Shown: positions 8,740-19,809, numbered from the stretch's first letter. The stretch: DNA of 21,807 nucleotides from Chiloscyllium plagiosum (GCF_004010195.1 NC_057759.1:405518-427324), one strand, 5' to 3'. Made by a program: numbers and translations. Notes: generated by a model not told the origin, from the letters alone.

Positions 8740-9205
8740 TCATGTTCAGAGATGAGGGGTTTGTCGTCGAAAGAGAGATTCAGCAGTTAAGGCCAATATT
8801 CTCTGGAGTTTAGAGGAATAAGGGAGATCCAACTGAGGGATACAGGCTGGTAAAGGAGATGGGATTGACAAAGGAGACAGAGAGGATGTTTCCTCAGGTG
8901 TGACAATTTAGAACGAGAGGGTTATTGCTTCAGGAGAAGGGAATGGAACAGATTGTAACGAGAGATGTTGAGAAATGTCTCCCCTCCAAGGCAGAGGGGG
9001 TGGGAATCTCTGGGAATTCACTTCCTAGTAGGTGGGGGCATGTCGGGATACTGAATAAATTGAAGGAGGGTCAGACAGATTGTTAATCAGTGAGGGGTTA
9101 AAGGGAGGGGGGCAGGAAACTGCAGTGAGGCTGGGATGAGATCAGCCGCAGCTGTATAGAATGGGGGAAGCAGGGTCCCGAGGGCTCCTCGCCTGTATGT
9201 TGTGT
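8740..9205 (+). mobile_element. CR1 LINE 3' end, degenerate
   Basis: CTCTGGAGTTTAGAGGAATAAGGGAGATC, GGATGTTTCCTC, GGAATCTCTGGGAATTC, GAGATCAGCC...GAATGG tail. Confidence 0.75.
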
Positions 9206-9328
9206 TGATTGTCCAGCTGCCTAAACACTTTTTAGTGTGGCTAGCTCATAGCACATGCTCAGAAAGCTCTGAATCTGAGGGCCTAAACTGTGTGATGCAT
9301 CACAGTCCATTAGTCTCTTAGAAACCAA

Positions 9329-10212
9329 GACCATAAGATATAGCAGCCATTCGGCCCATCAAGTCTGCTCTGCCATTCCATCATGGCTGATATGTTTGTT
9401 AACCCTATTTTCCTGCCTTCTCTCTGTAATGGTTAATCCTCCTCTTGATCAAGAACCTATCTCTGTCTTAAAGACATAAATGACAGCCGTCTGCAATAAT
9501 GAGTTCCACAGATTCCCCACTGTCTGGCTGAAGAAATTCCGCCTCATCTCAGTTGTAAAAGGAGTCCCCTTCATGCGGAGGCTGTGCCTTCGAGTCCCAG
9601 TCTCTCCTACTCGTGGAAACATCTTCTCCATGTCCACTCTATCCGGGCCTCTCAGTATTCTCCAAGTTTCAACCAGATTCTCCGTCACCCTTCTAAACAC
9701 AATCGAGTCCAGAGTCCTGTTCCTCAACCTCTCCTCATATGACAAGCTCTTCATCCCTGGGATTTTTCTGGACTCCTTCCACGTTCAGCACATTCTTCCT
9801 TGGGATGCTCACAATGTTCCAAATATGGTCTGACCAGAGCCTGATACAGCCTCAGCAGTACATCCCTGCTCTTGTATTCTACACCTCTTGAAAGGAATGC
9901 TGACATTCCATTTGCTTAACTGCCAACTGAAACTGCCCATCAACCTGAAGAGAATCCTGAACCTGGACTCCCAAGTCCATTTGTGCTGTAGATTTTTGAA
10001 CCTTTTCACCATTTAGAAAAGTCAACCCCTCTATTCTTCCTACTAAAGTACATAACTTCTCACGTTCCAATTTCTCAACATCTCCTGTTTCAATCTGTTC
10101 CATCTCCTTCTGCCATTTTGTGGCACACCTCTCCTAGCCAACTCTTTCTGCAGCCTCACCCCTTCCTCGATACTACCTGTCCTTCCAGCTATCTTTGTGC
10201 CATCAAAGAAAC
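9329..10212 (-). mobile_element. CR1 LINE 3' ~0.9 kb
   Basis: DGTKIAG..EEGVRLQKEL; MKSLSYEERLR..MFPRVGETGTRRHSL..EMRRNFFSQTVGNLWNSL. Confidence 0.9.
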
Positions 10213-10691
10213 ACTCAGTACAATGAAATGGCAATGCTCCTCATGTGAATGATGCTAGACCTAGAGTGAATGGCTCCTTGCCCCCAAAGACCAAGGCCAG
10301 AAGGGACCACTGTTGTACTGAGGCAATCAACAGATTGATGTCCCAGGGTCTAGAAAGTAGGTATCCCCTGAAAACAAGATGAAAGATAAAGCAATTAGCC
10401 ATCAGTTCCCTCTTCCAATTCACACTGCCTTGTTGTTAATTTAGTTGAGAGAGATGGAACACCTCTATGATTTAGATGATTGCAAACACTATCGATGATT
10501 AATAAATTCAAATGTTAAAAAATTTGAAAAGCTTGGGCAGACCTTTGCTCCATGCTATAAGCAAGAGAAACACTAGCAATGTTTAAATGTGGCTGGGTTT
10601 CTGAGGGATAAGATAAAATCTTAACCAGAGAAAATCTCCACTTTCACTGAACCAGAAATGTTATAAAGTGTATATATATTATATTCTTTAC

Positions 10692-10756
10692 CAGCCTTTC
10701 TTGGTTTGAGATGGTGAAAACTGAGTACATCAAACTGCTATCTGTTTTGGAGTCAT
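10692..10756 (-). pseudogene. Cytoplasmic exon with ITIM-like motif
   Basis: Acceptor ttattgtttttttgattatAG and donor GTAAAG; phase 1 gives DDSKTDSSLMYSVFTIS; 65 bp, one short of phase 1-1. Confidence 0.55.
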
Positions 10757-11059
10757 CTATAATCAAAAAAACAATAAGCAAAGTGAACCAAATGATTTGA
10801 GATCAGAATATTAAAATAACAGCAAACAATGCCTCAAAATTAAATATGGAGTGATAATTAAGGTCACAGCCCCAACCCAACAATAACATAAACTGAAGCT
10901 CTTGGCGATATAGGAACATTTTCAAAGCAGTTCACGAACCAGGTGACTCAATAACATCGAATGTGTATTTTGCATCAACAAAGTTTGCACCTACCCTCCC
11001 AGAACAAGCTCACAGAGGGAAGGTGGAGGCCCTGGGGTAATTTACAATTTTTTTATTAT

Positions 11060-11578
11060 TAATCACTCATGACACATGGGTAACACCCACTGGACCCTGC
11101 GTTTATTGCCCAACTCATCCCTGGTGGACTACTTGAGAAGGTAGGGATAAGCTGCTTTCTTGAACTGCTGCAGTCCATGTGCTGTGGATAGAAATGCATT
11201 GCCCTGAGGGAGGGAATTCCAGGATTTTAGCCCAATGACACTGAAGGAATAGTGTCATATTTCGAAGTCAGAACACTGCATGGCCCAAAGGGGAACTTGT
11301 AGAGGGTGGGTGTTCCCACGTATCTGCTGCACTTGTCCGTCGAAATGGAAGTGGTCATGGGTTTTGAAGGTGTTGCCTGAGGATCTCTGGTGTATTTTCA
11401 CAGTACATCTTGGTATTGCTGCTAGTGAGCATTGGTAGTAGAGGGAGTGGATGCTTGTGGATGTGGTTCCCAGGAAGTGGGGACTGCTTTTTCCATCGAT
11501 GATATTGAGCTTTTCAAATATTGTTGGAGCTGCAACCATCCAGACAAGTGGGGAGCATTCCATCACACTCCTGACTTG
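11060..11578 (-). mobile_element. CR1-clade LINE 3' end (second family)
   Basis: MECSPLVWMVAAPTIFEKLNII..SIHSL; SWNSLP; GLQQFKKAAY. Paralogous to 17830-18265. Confidence 0.85.
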
Positions 11579-11748
11579 AGACTGAGATACTTGGAATGGC
11601 TCAATCAGGGAAGACTCTGACCATATATATCCCTCTCAGGGATAAAGGAATAAAATCATGAAGAATCAATATTGTTCTATTTTCTTCAGATCTATCCTAC
11701 AAACTCCAGTATGAGTCACACCCATCACACACAGTCTCCCTCACATGT

Positions 11749-12068
11749 TCAAAGTTTGGGTGAAGATTTGTAGCTCGGGTGCTCGTTGTTGTGGTTCTGT
11801 TCGCCAAGCTGGAAATTTTTGTTGCAAACGTTTCGTCCCCTGTCTAGGTGACATCCTCCGTGTTCGGGAGCTTCCTGTGAAGCGCTTCTGTGGTGTTTCC
11901 TCTGGCATTTATAGTGGCCTGTCCCTGCTGCTTCCAGTTGTCAGTTTCAGCTGTCCGCTGTCGTGGCCGGTATATTGAGTCCAGGTCGATGTGTTTGTTG
12001 ATGGAATCTGTGGATGAGTGCCATGCTTCTAGGAATTCCCTGGCTGTTCTTTGTTTGGCTTGCCCTAT
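11749..12068 (-). mobile_element. Penelope-like element 3' end (end of GIY-YIG region plus terminal repeat)
   Basis: IGQAKQRTAREFLEAWHSSTDSINKHIDLDSIYRP followed by a hammerhead motif. Confidence 0.88.
11823..11863 (-). ncRNA. Minimal hammerhead ribozyme motif of the PLE, core-mutated
   Basis: CGGAGGA (CTGAnGA expected), T, stem GTCACCT-agac-AGGGGAC, then GAAACGTTTGC with palindrome AAACGTTT. Confidence 0.65.
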
Positions 12069-12600
12069 GGAACAGTCTTGCATTGTTTATTTGAAACTTT
12101 TTAAAGAAGGCCAGTGGATTACAATCAGTGTCATTTATATGTCATTGTTCTTTGTTGGATCGACTTCAAAGTGCTGAAGAACCAACAGTAATCCCAAAGC
12201 CCCCTTTCCTATGGGAGAGTATTTTTCCCAATGAATGGTATTGTTTGTAATAGCAGCATCCTCCAGGTTTCACAATTCCTAACACATCATCCTGGAACAA
12301 GACAGCACTTCGCCCCAATTCACCAGCATCAGCGGCCATTTTGATAAGACTGGAAAACTCAGGGATGGCCAAAAGTGGTTCATTGATTCAAATTGCTTTC
12401 ACCTTTCAAATGTAACCTCACACTCAGCTAACAAAACCACTTTTTCTTATTTCCATTACAAATTTGTTAAAGGCGCAGCCATCCAGCTAACATCATGGAT
12501 AACTTTCGAGTAAAGTCAAATATTCCTAAAAAATCGATTAATTTCTCATTTTGTTTTAGGAACAAGGAATTCTGGTAGTGTCTTCAGTTTTGCTGTGTCC
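12069..12600 (-). mobile_element. pol: Old Ty3/Gypsy pol fragment (RT thumb to RNase H)
   Basis: Across frameshifts: EFLVPKTK*EINRF/LG, AAPLTNL, INEPLLAIPEFSSLIKMAADAGELGRSAVLFQ, KYSPIGKGALGLLLVLQHFEV, TDCNPLAFFKKFQINNARLF. Confidence 0.85.
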
Positions 12601-12605
12601 ATCAA

Positions 12606-12766
12606 TGTGTGTGTGTGTGTTTGTGTGTGTATGCCTGTATGATTGTATTTGTCTCTCTATGTGCTGCTGTATGTTTCTCTGCACATCTCTGTGTTTGTGT
12701 CTCTGAGTATCTATATGTATTGACATCTGTCACACAGACACAGACACACAAACACACACACAAACA
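12606..12766. repeat. Degenerate (TG)n ... (CA)n microsatellite pair
   Basis: TG-rich tract from 12606 and CA-rich tract 12730-12766. Confidence 0.7.
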
Positions 12767-12834
12767 TGCATCAACATTACCATAAGCATTGTGTCACTTT
12801 AAACGTAAGAGAAATAGACAGAGATAAAGCCCCA

Positions 12835-13002
12835 CTGTGTATATTTCTGATGATGTCCAAGAATTCCTGTGTTGATTGTATAGGTTGTCTGGATCCGCTG
12901 ACCAGGTGTTTCAGTTTCTGCTGTAGTTCTTTAGCCAGTTTGTGTGATGGTGTCCCTGGTAGTGATACTATGGGTCTGAGTGGGATGTCTGGTTTGTGCA
13001 CT
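12835..13002 (-). mobile_element. Penelope-like element RT N-terminal fragment
   Basis: VHKPDIPLRPIVSLPGTPSHKLAKELQQKLKHL..IQSTQEFLDII (PLE KxHK..PLRPIVS motif). Confidence 0.9.
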
Positions 13003-13109
13003 TCCCTCACATGTACTGAAAGCCTTTGATTTCTGCCGGTTAGTAATAATTCTCAAAGTATGCCCCTTGTTCGAGGATCTCGAGGTTTGTAAATAAAATG
13101 ATTAGTTGC

Positions 13110-13166
13110 CATCCTGTATCCCTGTGTTCTTCACTGAAGAGTACATGGCTCCAGCACAACTCAAAA
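13110..13166 (-). pseudogene. Cytoplasmic exon with YxxV motif
   Basis: Strong acceptor ttttcttttgacctttTAG; 57 bp, phase 1-1, open frame VLSCAGAMYSSVKNTGIQD; donor is GCAACT (GC, or mutated GT). Confidence 0.55.
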
Positions 13167-13299
13167 CTAAAAGGTCAAAAGAAAAGATGGAAAATTGTCT
13201 TCAACAGCAGTCAGACAGTCCCCAGGTGGCAAATAATATCTGTCCCTGCTGAGTTTCTCCAAAAATTTCTGTATTTCTTTTCATTTCTGACACTCAGTG

Positions 13300-13920
13300 C
13301 CTGAAGAAGGCTAATGAAATGCTGGCCTTTATATCGAGAGGACTAGAGTACAAGGATGCAGAAGGGATGCTGCAGTTATACAAAACCCTGGTTAGACCCC
13401 ACTTGGAGCAGATCTGGGCACCACACCTGAGGAAGGATAGATTGGCCTGGGAGTACAGCGTGAGTTTACAAGATTGATACCTTGGCTTCAGGGGTGATGA
13501 GGAGAGATTACATAAAGTAGGCCTGTTCTGTCCAGAATTTACAGGGTTTAGGGATGATCTGATCGAAGATATTAACAGGAGAAGACAGGGTATAGAAATT
13601 GAAAGTGTTTCCACTGGTCGGGGATCTTTGAACTAGGGAGGGCATTGCTGGAGAATTAGGGCCAGACTGTTCAAGAGAGATGTTAGGAAGTACTACTACG
13701 CACAAAGGCTGGGAAAGGTTTGGAACTCTCTACCACAAACAGCAGGCATTGCTGGATCATTTGTTAGTTTTAAATCTGAGAGAGAATTTTTTTTTTGTTC
13801 AACAAAGTTATTAAAGGGGATAGGGGCACGAGCAGGTCTATGGAGTCAGGACACAGATCTACCATTGAATGGTTGCACAGGATCAAGGAGCTGAATGGCT
13901 TCGTCCTGCTCCTTTCTATG
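13300..13920 (+). mobile_element. CR1 LINE 3' end
   Basis: KKANEMLAFISRGLEYKDAEGMLQLYKTLVRPHLEQIWAPHLRKD; tail GCTGAATGGCTTCGTCCTGCTCCT. Confidence 0.9.
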
Positions 13921-14034
13921 AATATTCCACATTAATAAATCATGGAATCCCCTGCAGTTACAAAATGACATTTCCACACACCAGAGCAATTAATGATTTC
14001 AAATAGAAACTGAAAGTCCAAATATTTTATTTTC

Positions 14035-14192
14035 ACATGTTCCAGATCCCCACCATCCTCTGGGTGAAACAATCCTCAAATCCCTCTCTAAACCTCTTAC
14101 CCTTCACTTTAAAATGATGTCCCCCCCCTTGTTACTGACCCTTCGACTAAGGGGAACAGCTGCTTCCTGCCCCCTGTCCATGTCCCTCATAT
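14035..14192 (-). mobile_element. Older CR1 fragment that appears to continue at ~14914-15000
   Basis: TTCCAGATCCCCACCATCCTCTGGGTGAAA...TGTCCATGTCCCTCAT, resuming as AATCTTACAGACCTCTATCA after the HER1 insert. Confidence 0.65.
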
Positions 14193-14197
14193 TAGCA

Positions 14198-14913
14198 TCA
14201 TAGAGTCATACAGCAAGGAAACAGACCTTTCAGTCCAACTAGTCCATCCCGACCATAATCTCAACCTAAACTCGTCCCACTTGTTTACACTTGGCCTATA
14301 ACTCTCCAAACCTTTCCTATTCTTGTACTTATCAAAATGTCTTTTAAACATTATAACTGTCCTTTTATCCTCCACTTCATCTGGGAGTTAAATCCACACG
14401 TGTACCGCTAGCTATATAAAAAAAAGTTGCCCATCATGTCATTTTTAAAAATGTTTCTCCTCTCACCTGAAAACTATGTCCCCTGGTCTTGACGCCCACC
14501 CCCACCCTTGGGAAAAGACACCTGCAATTCACCTGATCTATGCCCATCATCATTTCATAAACCTCTATACCCCTCAAACTTCTGCACTCCAGTGATAATA
14601 GTCCCAGCCCATCCAGCCTCTCCTCATAACTCAAACGCTCCATTCCCAACAACATACTGATATATCTTTTCTGAACCCTCTCCAGCTTAATAATGTCCTT
14701 CCCAGAACTGGACACAATACACCAGAATACACCAGGACACTTCACCAGTGTCCTGTACAACCACAACATGATATCCGAACCCCAACGATCAAAAGGTCTG
14801 AGCAATGAAGTCAAGTGTTCTAAACACCTTCTCAAACACCCTGTCTACCTGTGACACAAACCCCAAAGAATTATATACCTGAACCTGTAGGTCTCTCTGC
14901 TGTACAACACTAC
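14198..14913 (-). mobile_element. HER1-like CR1 LINE 3' end
   Basis: DIMLWLYRTLVK..DIIKLERVQKRY..LSYEERLDGLGLLSLE..KTRGHSFQV; tail TATGACTCTATGA. Confidence 0.9.
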
Positions 14914-15102
14914 CAATCTTACAGACCTCTATCATGACCCCTCCACCATCAACCATCTCTGTTGTTCAGGAAACAACCCAAACTTCTTTCCAATGCTTCC
15001 AGAGATTTGTTTTTGTTGATCTTCCCAATCAGACAAATACCAGCATGAACGCTGACCAATATGCATTGATGTAGGATCAGCAGCTCACAGGTTCACACTC
15101 AC

Positions 15103-15174
15103 CATTCAATAGACTTGACCCGATCTCTGCATATTCAAAATTTCTTGCAGGTCTGTCGATTTCGCATCACCTCC
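15103..15174 (-). pseudogene. Cytoplasmic exon with YxxI motif
   Basis: Acceptor atttcattccaAG and donor GTGAGT; 3' part reads RPARNFEYAEIGSSLLN and ends in phase 1; 5' part out of frame. Confidence 0.55.
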
Positions 15175-15326
15175 CTTGGAATGAAATATTTCCAGACCAT
15201 TAAGCAAACAAGTCCTGCTGTTTGCATGCAAAAATCCCTGGCAACATGGTCACTGAGCCAAGCTCCCAAGGAGTTGTCCAGAATCCTCCTGGAATTGTCC
15301 AGAATCTGGTTCAGAACTTCTATGTT

Positions 15327-15670
15327 CATAGAATCATAGTATTTTACTGTAGGGAAGGAGGCCATTCATATCTGTACCAGCTCCTGAAAGAGCTACCCAG
15401 CTAGTCCCACTTTCCAGCCCTATCTCTGTAGCCCTCTAACATCAAATTTATATCCAGCTCTCTTTTTGAACCTCCTATGGAATCCACCTCCCAAGCAGCA
15501 CATTCCAAACCCAACAACCCAATAAGTTTCTCCACATCTCACTCTCTCACTGACAATCTTGAAATTCTAGCCAGCCAGTTTCTAATAAACAAATGAGTGG
15601 GAAACAATAACTTGTTTTTCCGTCAGAATTTGTTCAAATTTTCAACGCCTCAATAAGGTCACCACTTCAT
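15327..15670 (-). mobile_element. CR1 LINE 3' end, degenerate
   Basis: Plus strand CATAGAATCATAG..GAAGGAGGCCATTC..GCAGCACATTCCAAA. Confidence 0.65.
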
Positions 15671-16023
15671 CTGAAATCCCTCATTGTTGTATGAAAAGGA
15701 TACCATCTCCTTCACACTCAGGTTTGAACAGCCTTCATTAAATAAGGTATCCAGAACAGAACAAAATCAGCCTGGGTAAGAGAAGCCCAACTCCCTTTAT
15801 CAAATGTATTTCTAAATTCAGCTTCTGTTGCCTGTGTTGGTAAGGTGTTATACACTTACAAAGAAATATCCAACAGATCAAAAGTTTATCTCCAATGCGA
15901 TCTAATATTCTCCATTCAATGCTTGTGCTGTCACCGGAATTAATTTCTTTTCTGCCCTCTACTTTGTGTTAGGTTAGCTCAATTGGCTGAAATGTGGAGT
16001 AAGATTGACAGCGTGGGTTTAAA

Positions 16024-16025
<2 letters not shown>

Positions 16026-16060
<35 letters not shown>
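16026..16060. repeat. (TC)n microsatellite
   Basis: ~17 perfect units. Confidence 0.97.
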
Positions 16061-16062
<2 letters not shown>

Positions 16063-16310
16063 CACTCCAACTGAGGTCCACCAGTGTCTTGTACAACTTC
16101 ACATCACCTCCTTGTTCTCAGTCTCTATGCCCCTATTAATAAAGCTGAGGATGTTGTGTGTTTTATTAACTGCTGTCCCCTTGTTATGCCGCCTTCACTG
16201 ATCTGTGGACATATACCCCCAGGCTCCCTCTGCTCCTACACCTGCTTTAGTTTTTTTTACCCCCCCCAAATCTATTGTCTTTCTGCTTCTTTGAACCAAT
16301 GTCATTCCCC
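16063..16310 (-). mobile_element. CR1 RT fragment, degenerate
   Basis: ACTCCAACTGAGGTCCACCAGTGTCTTGTACAACTTCACATCACCTCC is antisense to EVMxKLYKTLVxPQLE. Confidence 0.65.
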
Positions 16311-16434
16311 AAATTTTTGTTGAATCAATTTTGTCTTTATTTTCAGATGTTCATGAATTAAAACCTATTTTGTTCAATCAAACATCATTTTCTCCGTCCC
16401 AGTTGTTTTGCTACTAAGTAACAGTATAACTCCA

Positions 16435-17300
16435 GAAGAACATACAGTGTAGGATAAGGTTGAGTCAATTTAGCCCCTCGGTAACCTGCTCCGCTATTCC
16501 ATACAATCGCAGCTGATCCCATCTCAGCCTCAATCCCATCTCAGCCTCAACCCCACTTTCCTGAAAACACTCCCTTTGACCTATCACTGATTAACAATCT
16601 GTCTGTCTCCTCCTCCAACTTATGCAGTGTCCTGGAGGGTGGGGGGGAGTGATCCCACAGATTTACAACCTCTTCATTTCAGAGATTTCATTCCTCCTTA
16701 TCTTTGTTTTCAATCTGCCCAGCCCCTTATCCTGAACCGATAACCTCTCGTTCAATATTCTCCGACATGAGCAAACATCCTCTCTTCATCTCCTTTGTCA
16801 ATACCCCCTTTAGCATCTTATAGCCCTCAGTCAGTTCTCCTCTGTACACTCCAGAGAAACCACTCAATCTCTCATCTAACGCAAACCCTTCATTGCTGGA
16901 AATGATTGGGTGAATCTCTTCTGAACTGCATCAGTCCTCAAGTAGAGAGATCAAAATTGTACCAGTCTGTTCTCATAATACTAACCTTTTCATCTTGGCG
17001 ATCAATTCAGTGATCTCCTTTGAACTCCTGGAGGGATTCAACTACATCCCTCCTCAACTACTCACAGTCCTCCGGATGTGGAAACCCCAATTGTACAGTT
17101 GCAGTAACAATTACCTACTTCAATACTCCATTCCTTTCAAATTAAATGTCTTCTTTGTGACCTGCTGTAGCCTGTACACTACTTTGAGATTCATCCACAC
17201 GGACATCCTGTTCCCTTTGCACTGACATTTTGAATTTTCTCTCCTGTTCAGATGATAACTTGCCTTCTTCAATTCTTCCAACTGCAATGGATAACCTCAC
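16435..17300 (-). mobile_element. CR1 LINE fragments, degenerate, with 17-bp tandem duplication
   Basis: CCTGCTCCGCTATTCCATACAATCGCAGCTGATC tail; ATCCCATCTCAGCCTCA x2 at 16516-16549; GGATAACCTCACA at ~17290. Confidence 0.65.
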
Positions 17301-17532
17301 CACTGATGGGACTGACCAACGCTCAGTTCAGTGTCTAACGGAAATTGAGAGAGTGTCCTCGATTTGAACTGTTATGCTTTAGATTTGCAAATGAGTCAGA
17401 CACCATGATCCATTTGCTCCAATTTGTCTAACAAATGTAAAAATGTTGGCTTTGCACCCCAGAGTGATTTTTCAGCCCATTCGGACAGTGTTTGAATGCT
17501 GTTGCAAGTTGTTAATCACCTCACTAACTTAC

Positions 17533-17563
17533 TTGTGCCACCGGGAACTGCTGGAAGAATCAG
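17533..17563 (-). pseudogene. 31-bp first cytoplasmic micro-exon
   Basis: Acceptor ctttctcccttattttctccAG and donor GTAAGT; phase 1 gives ADSSSSSRWH. Confidence 0.65.
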
Positions 17564-17829
17564 CTGGAGAAAATAAGGGAGAAAGAACATGTTTTACTGT
17601 AAATATTCAGCTTCACCTGCTCGCAAATGAATCTGGATTCCTTGATTGATGCACAAGCAACAATTATTCCAATTGTAATCTTTAGTTTATAACTATGCTG
17701 ACCATTCTTCTGAACACAACACATTACTTGGGGAGACATAAAAAGTAATTTCATCTGCCACTTGTTCAGCCTGCCCTCATCCTCAAAAAAAAAACACGGT
17801 GTGGAACGTGCTTTGTAAGTTCACTGGTG

Positions 17830-18265
17830 GGTTGTGGAAATCACTGACTGGGCCGTGAATTTATTATCCATCCCAAGTTGAGCCCTTGAGAATGAGATAG
17901 TGAGCTGCCTTCTTGAACTACTGCAGTCCCTGTGCTGTTGGTAGACCCACAATACCATTAGAGAGGGAATTCCAGGATTTTGACCCAGGAACACTATAAA
18001 CGAATAGCTGATATATTTCCAAGTTGGATGGTGACTGGCTCAGGGGGAAACTTGCAGGAGGTGGTATTCTCATGTACCTGCTGTCCTTGCCCTTCTAGAT
18101 GGAAGTGATTATGGGTTTGGAAGGTGCTGTCTGAGGAACTTCTGCAGTGCATCTCACAGATGGTACACACTGCTACTGAGCATGGATGGTGGAGAGAGTG
18201 GATGTGGTGCCAATCAAGCATAGGCTGTGTTGTCTCTGGATGGTCTTTGGCTTCTCAAGTGTTGT
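17830..18265 (-). mobile_element. CR1-clade LINE 3' end (second family)
   Basis: IHSLHHPCSVAVCTICEMHC; SKSWNSLSNGIVG. Paralogous to 11060-11578. Confidence 0.85.
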
Positions 18266-18519
18266 CTATGAGGTGCATTGCAGAAGTGATTGAGTGTCTA
18301 TTTGCGTGCACATGAAAGTGTGTGTGTATCAATGGAATGTCTGTATTTCTCTCACACACACATGCACAACTTCATACTCTCACTCAAACACACTCGCACA
18401 CATACTCTCTCATAGACACACCCTCATATGCTCTATGTGAGCAACATTAATTTGAAACCCACGTTGAATCCCAACTGGAGAACAATCACTAGCGTTACCT
18501 GACAGAGTGTCTCACCCAC

Positions 18520-18622
18520 CTTGTTTCCTGGTCCGGAGTTTAATGGGAAGCAATGTGACAAGAGAAAGGATCACCTAACAGTGAGACAATGAGTTCTGCC
18601 ATCTCAGCGCTGTGTTCCTGTG
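18520..18622 (-). pseudogene. Transmembrane exon, frameshifted
   Basis: Acceptor ccctctctgaatccAG and donor AAG|GTGGGT; AQEHSAEMAELIVSLL / VILSLVTLLPIKLRTRKQ (hydrophobic then basic); 103 bp = 3n+1. Confidence 0.65.
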
Positions 18623-19009
18623 CTGGATTCAGAGAGGGATTTCCTGTCAACAACATCATTGCTTCAGCAAACACCAACCCCAGTGTTTCCTGTTCCCTGT
18701 TGCCCTTACCCCCTGCCAACACCCATCCATTTGGAGGGAAACCCCTGTATCTGTGAAATTCACTCCATATCCTCACCATTGCAGTGACATCACTGTTTCT
18801 GTGCAGCCTGTCTCATTAACAACATCCCACCACTCCAACCCAAACTATTCAATACTAAACTCAAAAAATCACTCTGCACTCCCATCTCTCGAAATTGTCA
18901 AACAGAAATTACTGTCCCTCATTTTCACAGCCTACATGTATCGAGGAAAAACTTCCCTTTGTCCTCCACCTGTCAGCAGCAATTGGACCATTCACAGAGA
19001 AACATCGAA

Positions 19010-19570
19010 AATATGATCGTGAGGAGGCCTTTTGGCCCCTCCAGCCTGCTCCACCCATTCAATGAGATCATGGCTGATCACCCAACTTGATCCTGTATCT
19101 CCCTGCGTTATCCCTTTAACCCCTAAGAACTCTATCAACTCCTTCCTGAATAACATGCAGTATTCTGGCCCTGACTGCTTTCTGTGGCAGAGAATTCCAC
19201 AGGCTCTCCACTCTCTGCATGAAGACATTTCTCCCCATCTCAGTCCTGCCCAGTTTCCTTTAGACTGTGACCCCCTCGTTCTGGACTCTCTATCCGGTAA
19301 CTGGGAACACCCTTCCTGTGTTCACTCTGTCTCGTCCTTGTTCAAATTGAGAGGTTTCTATGGGATTTCCCATTAATTCTTCCAAACTCTAGTGAATATC
19401 ATTCTAACCAATCCAGTCTCTCTCCATTTGTCAGTTCTGCCATCCCAGGAATCACTCATGGAAACCTGCTGTACAACCTCATGAGATTCCAAACTACGCG
19501 CACAGTTCTCCAGGGTAGCCAGCCACCCTGCTCCTGGACTTGAATCCTCTCGCTATGAAGGCCTCCCTTA
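19010..19570 (-). mobile_element. CR1 LINE 3' end
   Basis: GGCCTTTGGCCCCTCCAGCCTGCTCCACCCATTCAATGAGATCATGGCTGAT tail; TTCTGTGGCAGAGAATTCCACAGG. Confidence 0.85.
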
Positions 19571-19619
19571 TCTGAGAAAGGATGTTACTTTCCTCTTCCC
19601 TCTGCCCCCCCCCCAACTG

Positions 19620-19734
19620 GCATAGCTGCTGCCATACATTCTGGGTTTTTCCAGCACTTTGGGTTTATAACCTGTAACATTAACTCTCTCTCCATAGATG
19701 CTGCAGACCTGCTGAGTTTCTGAAGCAAGTTTTT
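19620..19734 (+). mobile_element. Two eroded remnants of the PLE-type terminal repeat
   Basis: CATAGCTGCTGCCATAC..TTTTCCAGCACTTT and AACATTAACTCTCTCTCCATAGATGCTGCAGACCTGCTGAGTTTC. Confidence 0.5.
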
Positions 19735-19809
19735 AAAGAGTGTTTATGTCAAGTTTTCAGCTGGACTCCAGTGAAGAACTAGTACTGATCACGATGAAGA
19801 ATGGACTAC

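Noticed and set aside
8686..8740. Exon ending at a perfect minus-strand donor AAG|GTGAGT (..LDVDYTSQ)
   Set aside because: No credible acceptor (possibly displaced by the adjacent CR1) and the frame is ambiguous.
10241..10367. Additional receptor exon after a strong minus-strand acceptor (ctttcatcttgttttcAG)
   Set aside because: Phase 1 gives only GDTYFLDPGTSIC* and no convincing donor or motif. It remains possible but is unsupported.
12166..12372. Host-gene exon
   Set aside because: Explained as a frameshifted Gypsy RNase H fragment.
12606..12766. Functional hairpin or MITE from TG/CA arms (similar at ~18305-18425)
   Set aside because: Complementarity is only that of low-complexity dinucleotide tracts; no TSD or specific terminal repeats.
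18612..19016. 134-aa plus-strand ORF
   Set aside because: No recognisable domain or ATG start; it is antisense to the receptor intron and likely chance.
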